This document shows, one piece after another, positions 60,429 to 64,000 of a stretch of 64,000 bases of DNA. Position 1 is the first letter of the stretch, and every line of letters starts with the position of its first letter. The stretch spans positions 288,001 through 352,000 of the forward strand of contig CBDIIB010000002.1 in assembly GCA_965279525.1 (NCBI GenBank), given 5' to 3'. Below the pieces are notes generated by a model. That model was not told where the DNA came from and did not search any database. It was given only the letters and a program-made list of their open reading frames with translations. The position numbers were made by a program, and so were the translations under genes. This stretch comes from Tagaea sp. GTDB taxonomy: Bacteria > Pseudomonadota > Alphaproteobacteria > CACIAM-22H2.

Positions 60429-60620
60429 ATGGGTCGAAGAAAGCTTTAAATCAAAGGATTTCTACACTATTGAGGTTGGCATCCCCGCATCCCCGTGGGG
60501 ACGCCAGCACTTAAGTCAAAAATAGTTAACAATAAAACCGGTCTGGCTACTATTTGGCTGATATCAGGGTTTGGGCGCCAAGTAGGTCTACGTGAAGCTG
60601 GTCGGCGAAGTTGATTAGCC

Positions 60621-63600
60621 ATGCCGGTGGCCAGAAAAAGAGACGAGTTTTCGGAGAGGACGAGGATCCAGATCGCGAAGCGTGCGGGCTGGGTTTGCTC
60701 GTTTCCGGGCTGTCACGTTCACACAGTAGGAGCAACCGCGGACGGCAAAGGTGAATTCAGCACCGGCGTTGCAGCGCATATCTGTGCCGCTGCGCCGGGC
60801 GGACCTCGCTACGATGAGAAAATGTTGCCGGCCGTTCGATCGTCCGCTGACAACGGAATCTGGCTCTGCCAGAACCACGCCAAGCTGATCGACACTGATG
60901 TTATTCAATACCCTGTAAGTTTGCTCCAAAAATGGAAGGAGCAGGCTTCAGAGGATTCCAGGCGTCGCGTGGTTGCCGGCGTAGCTGCGAGCGCGCCTAC
61001 CATTGTCACCGACGCTGAGCTTGCAGAGCGGCTGCGGGCGGCGGCGGCAGCGGATTTGGATATCTTCAGAGCCAATCCGAAGTGGCCGCAGAGCTCGGTG
61101 CCCCTGACCCTCGCCGTTGAAGGCATAGAGGCGCCTGTTACGACCGATGCACTTGCAAGCATAGTGACAAAACTTGATGACCTGGTGCTCGTTGCAGGGC
61201 CCGGTATGGGGAAGACGTCAACCCTCTTTCAAATCGCTTCAGGCATAATTGGAAATAAGTGCGGCGTGCCGCTGGTGGTGTTGCTCAACGAATGGTCCAC
61301 CGAGGGTTCAACGCTCCTTGCATCCATCCTCAAGCGCCCATCATTTACCGGGATTTCCGAAGAGGATTTCCGCAAAGTTGCTGCGCAGACCAACACGGTT
61401 CTCCTGCTCGACGGTTGGAACGAGCTGGATGCGGATGCGCGCAAGCGCGCTCGCTATCAGGTGAATGCGCTGCAGGCTGAGCAGCCAAAGATCAGTTTGG
61501 TCATTTCAGCACGCAAACCACGCAATCAGGTGTTTGGCGTGCCGTTCTCAGGTACGCGCGTCGATCTTCTTCCGCTCAACGATGAGCAACAGTTGCAGAT
61601 TGCCCGTGCGATACGCGGGGACGAGGGTGCACGGCTGATTGATGAAGCATGGCGTACGGCTGGCGTGCGAGAGATGGTGACCATACCGCTCTATCTGGCG
61701 GCACTGCTTGGATTGCCGGTCGGCGCGCCTTTCCCGACCACGAAAGAGGAGGTGCTGCGCCATTTTGTGACTGCGCACGAGGCGAACCCAGATAGCGCCG
61801 AGGAGATTCACGCGGCAACGCATGGATTTCATCAGTCGTATCTCGACGAGTTGGCTGGATTCGCTACGCGCGCCGCGAGCACGGCAATTGCAGAACCAAG
61901 CGCGTTGCGGTGTGTGTCTGGAGTATCGGCAGCGTTGGTGCAGGATGGCCAGATTGCGGTTAGGCCGGAACCTAGCGCCATTCTCGAAGTGCTGGTCAGT
62001 CGCCACGTGCTAATGCGCGCGGGCGACACGCCAGGTGTGTCGTTCCAGCATCAGCAAATCCAAGAGTATTACGCGTCGCATATTGTCGAGCACAGAATCT
62101 TGGGCGATATCGAGATAGTGGCGAGGCGTGCTGCATTGCAGGCCGAAATCTTCGACTATCCGGCATGGGAAGAGGCAATCCTTTTTGCCGTTGAACGCAT
62201 GTCTCGGAGCAGTGGAGATGGCCGCGTGGCATGCGGCAAGGCTATTTTGGCCGCGTTCGAGGTCGACCCAATCCTCGCCGCAGAAATGATCTTCCGGTGT
62301 ACCGATGAAGTGTGGGCGCAAGTGGCGAGTTCGATACAGGCGCTGGTGAAGCGTTGGCATTCGCCTAAAAAAATCGATCGTGCACTCCGATTTATGCTGG
62401 TCTCAGGTCGCGCTGAGTTCCTCGACGTAGTTTGGCCGCTCATCACCAATGAGGATAAGCAAACAAGTCTTTTGGCGCTGCGGAACTGCAGGCGGTTCCG
62501 AACTTCTTCTCTTGGTCACGGCGCGGCGGAGAGAATCAAGGCGTTGGCCGAAGGGCCACGCGAAGTATTGCTGCATGAGATTGCTATGCGGGGCAGGATG
62601 GATGGGCTCGACCTCGCTACAAGTATTGCCAAAGATGATCCAGTTCCAAAAGTCAGAGCATCTGTGGTCGACGCTTTGACCTTTCGTCGTGCTGACCGCC
62701 ATGTGGTAGAGATTCTACGCGTTGCCGACGAAGCGACAGTAGAGTTGATCGCGCGTCGTAACTTGATAGACGTCGTCGATGACGAATATGTGAAGGAAAG
62801 AATTGAAGGCACGCGCAAGCGCCTCGTGGCAGAAGCAACTTCGGTCGAAGGGCGCTTGCGGCTAATCGCCAACACTCTTGGCAAAGAGGATCACGGCGCC
62901 GAGCTGACCAGAATCGTCAGTACCGTGGAGATTGATAAAAATAGAGAAGAGCTGCTGCATCTCCTTCATACGCTCCGCGATGGTTATCAGGCTGCCATTG
63001 CGGAGGGCATACTCGTACGCGTCAGGAACGGCCTCACACTATTTTACAGGGCGGATGACATTCTTGCTTCGTCGAGGCTCATCGTGGAGGACGAGGATCT
63101 TCTGCGTCTTGCCTTGGCGGACCCCGAAACTGACAGCATTCGAGCGGATGCTGCCGCTTCGGTCCTCGGCCCGAGGGCTACTGGAAGTATGATCGACGCG
63201 CTTCTCGATCTGGTACCGCACGTGCTCACTGATCATGCTGCGAGCCGAGCCTACAGCGGGCTTCAGCGTCGTATTGGGCACACGCCTGGCACAAGTCTGG
63301 TGGCAGCAACTGTCCAACGCTCACCGAATCTCAACACAGAACAGATGGCGCGGCTTGCTTCACTCTTTTCCAGTCGCAGGAGTGGAGACGACAATCGCGA
63401 CAGGCCTTTCGACTTGGATTCCCTGCGTGCCGTTCAAAATCTGACTATAGATTGGGTCAAGCATATCCATGCGTCCACGAACGCGCCTCGCTGGCAGAAG
63501 GCCGCCATTGTGGATCTTGCAAGCCGTTTCCCTGACGCGCAGCTTCTGCCGCTTGTCAAAGAGATGCTCGACGATAATTTGCAGCGACTCCGAAAGTACC

Positions 63601-64000
63601 GTGAGCAGGCGCAGGCAGATGGCTGGGGAGATACAGCGGCCGTGCGTGAAGCGAGACATCCGCATATGGATGAGTATCAGCGAGCATTTATGGAGATTGA
63701 TGCTCCTGATGCCGCCATCATTGTGGCGGAGTATCTCGAGGAGCCAGAATTCGGTGAGTGCGCGGCTCGAGTGCTCGCCTACCGATGGCGCACGGCAAAC
63801 GAACCACCAGAGGAGAAGCGCTTCCGTCCGAGTATAGACTGGTCTGAAGTCAAAGCGAAACGGGAGCGGCGCACATCTAACCCCGATGTGACATGCGATG
63901 AAGCGGAGGTGATCTTCACTGTCATCGATCGCCTAATCGCGGATGAGGCGAACGTACCTAAGCTACGGTTGGCAGCTTCACTCGCTGTCATTGCGCTCCG
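60621..64000 (+). CDS. HNH nuclease-NACHT (STAND NTPase) protein, NLR/Avs-like; 3' truncated by window
   Basis: Manual translation: CSFPGC..AAHICAAAPGGPR..NGIWLCQNH..ID, Walker A GPGMGKT, Walker B LLLDGWNE, FQHQQIQEYYA; frame open at the points checked through to the window end. Confidence 0.88.
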   Translation, partial: MPVARKRDEFSERTRIQIAKRAGWVCSFPGCHVHTVGATADGKGEFSTGVAAHICAAAPGGPRYDEKMLPAVRSSADNGIWLCQNHAKLIDTDVIQYPVSLLQKWKEQASEDSRRRVVAGVAASAPTIVTDAELAERLRAAAAADLDIFRANPKWPQSSVPLTLAVEGIEAPVTTDALASIVTKLDDLVLVAGPGMGKTSTLFQIASGIIGNKCGVPLVVLLNEWSTEGSTLLASILKRPSFTGISEEDFRKVAAQTNTVLLLDGWNELDADARKRARYQVNALQAEQPKISLVISARKPRNQVFGVPFSGTRVDLLPLNDEQQLQIARAIRGDEGARLIDEAWRTAGVREMVTIPLYLAALLGLPVGAPFPTTKEEVLRHFVTAHEANPDSAEEIHAATHGFHQSYLDELAGFATRAASTAIAEPSALRCVSGVSAALVQDGQIAVRPEPSAILEVLVSRHVLMRAGDTPGVSFQHQQIQEYYASHIVEHRILGDIEIVARRAALQAEIFDYPAWEEAILFAVERMSRSSGDGRVACGKAILAAFEVDPILAAEMIFRCTDEVWAQVASSIQALVKRWHSPKKIDRALRFMLVSGRAEFLDVVWPLITNEDKQTSLLALRNCRRFRTSSLGHGAAERIKALAEGPREVLLHEIAMRGRMDGLDLATSIAKDDPVPKVRASVVDALTFRRADRHVVEILRVADEATVELIARRNLIDVVDDEYVKERIEGTRKRLVAEATSVEGRLRLIANTLGKEDHGAELTRIVSTVEIDKNREELLHLLHTLRDGYQAAIAEGILVRVRNGLTLFYRADDILASSRLIVEDEDLLRLALADPETDSIRADAAASVLGPRATGSMIDALLDLVPHVLTDHAASRAYSGLQRRIGHTPGTSLVAATVQRSPNLNTEQMARLASLFSSRRSGDDNRDRPFDLDSLRAVQNLTIDWVKHIHASTNAPRWQKAAIVDLASRFPDAQLLPLVKEMLDDNLQRLRKYREQAQADGWGDTAAVREARHPHMDEYQRAFMEIDAPDAAIIVAEYLEEPEFGECAARVLAYRWRTANEPPEEKRFRPSIDWSEVKAKRERRTSNPDVTCDEAEVIFTVIDRLIADEANVPKLRLAASLAVIAL

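Larger units (their letters stand above)
50523..60508. mobile_element. ~10-kb integrative element in tRNA-Glu
   Basis: 20-bp direct repeat ATCCCCGTGGGGACGCCAGC at 50523-50542 and 60489-60508; integrase beside the distal repeat; GC drop. Confidence 0.92.

Noticed and set aside
50523-60508. Prophage or canonical PICI call
   Set aside because: No recognisable structural, terminase, primase or lysis genes.
60550-63991. Many small ORFs listed in the track
   Set aside because: They overlap the single long HNH-NACHT frame starting at 60621.

Overview
High-GC alphaproteobacterial (Rhodospirillales-like) chromosomal segment. About 50 kb is core or semi-core: ymdB-yebC-ruvCAB-ybgC-tolQRAB-pal (four Pal/OmpA paralogs)-cpoB-tilS-ftsH-folP-glmM-thiD, then three tandem MocR/GntR regulators with a DUF1127 gene, a PaiB/PhzF/GNAT/LysE/RyR/Ada cluster, an mddA cluster, serC-serA, hisZ-purA, a tandem-duplicated pseudokinase plus membrane-protein module, and rpoH-rluD-ltaE. 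Accessory DNA falls into three parts. (1) A 2-kb low-GC cassette (DUF2806-like and caspase/CHAT-like genes) lies between ~390-bp direct repeats made of the serA 3' end and REP-like palindromes. (2) A ~10-kb integrative element sits in tRNA-Glu(CTC), with a 20-bp att duplication, paired arm-type repeats, a tyrosine integrase, a serine resolvase, a ParB-like gene, a C5 methyltransferase and a BglII/BstYI-like nuclease. (3) An HNH-NACHT (NLR/Avs-like) gene, absent from the ORF track, runs off the window end. Several single-base frameshifts (yebC, ruvB/ybgC) look like sequencing indels. All calls are from motif recognition by eye; no searches were run.
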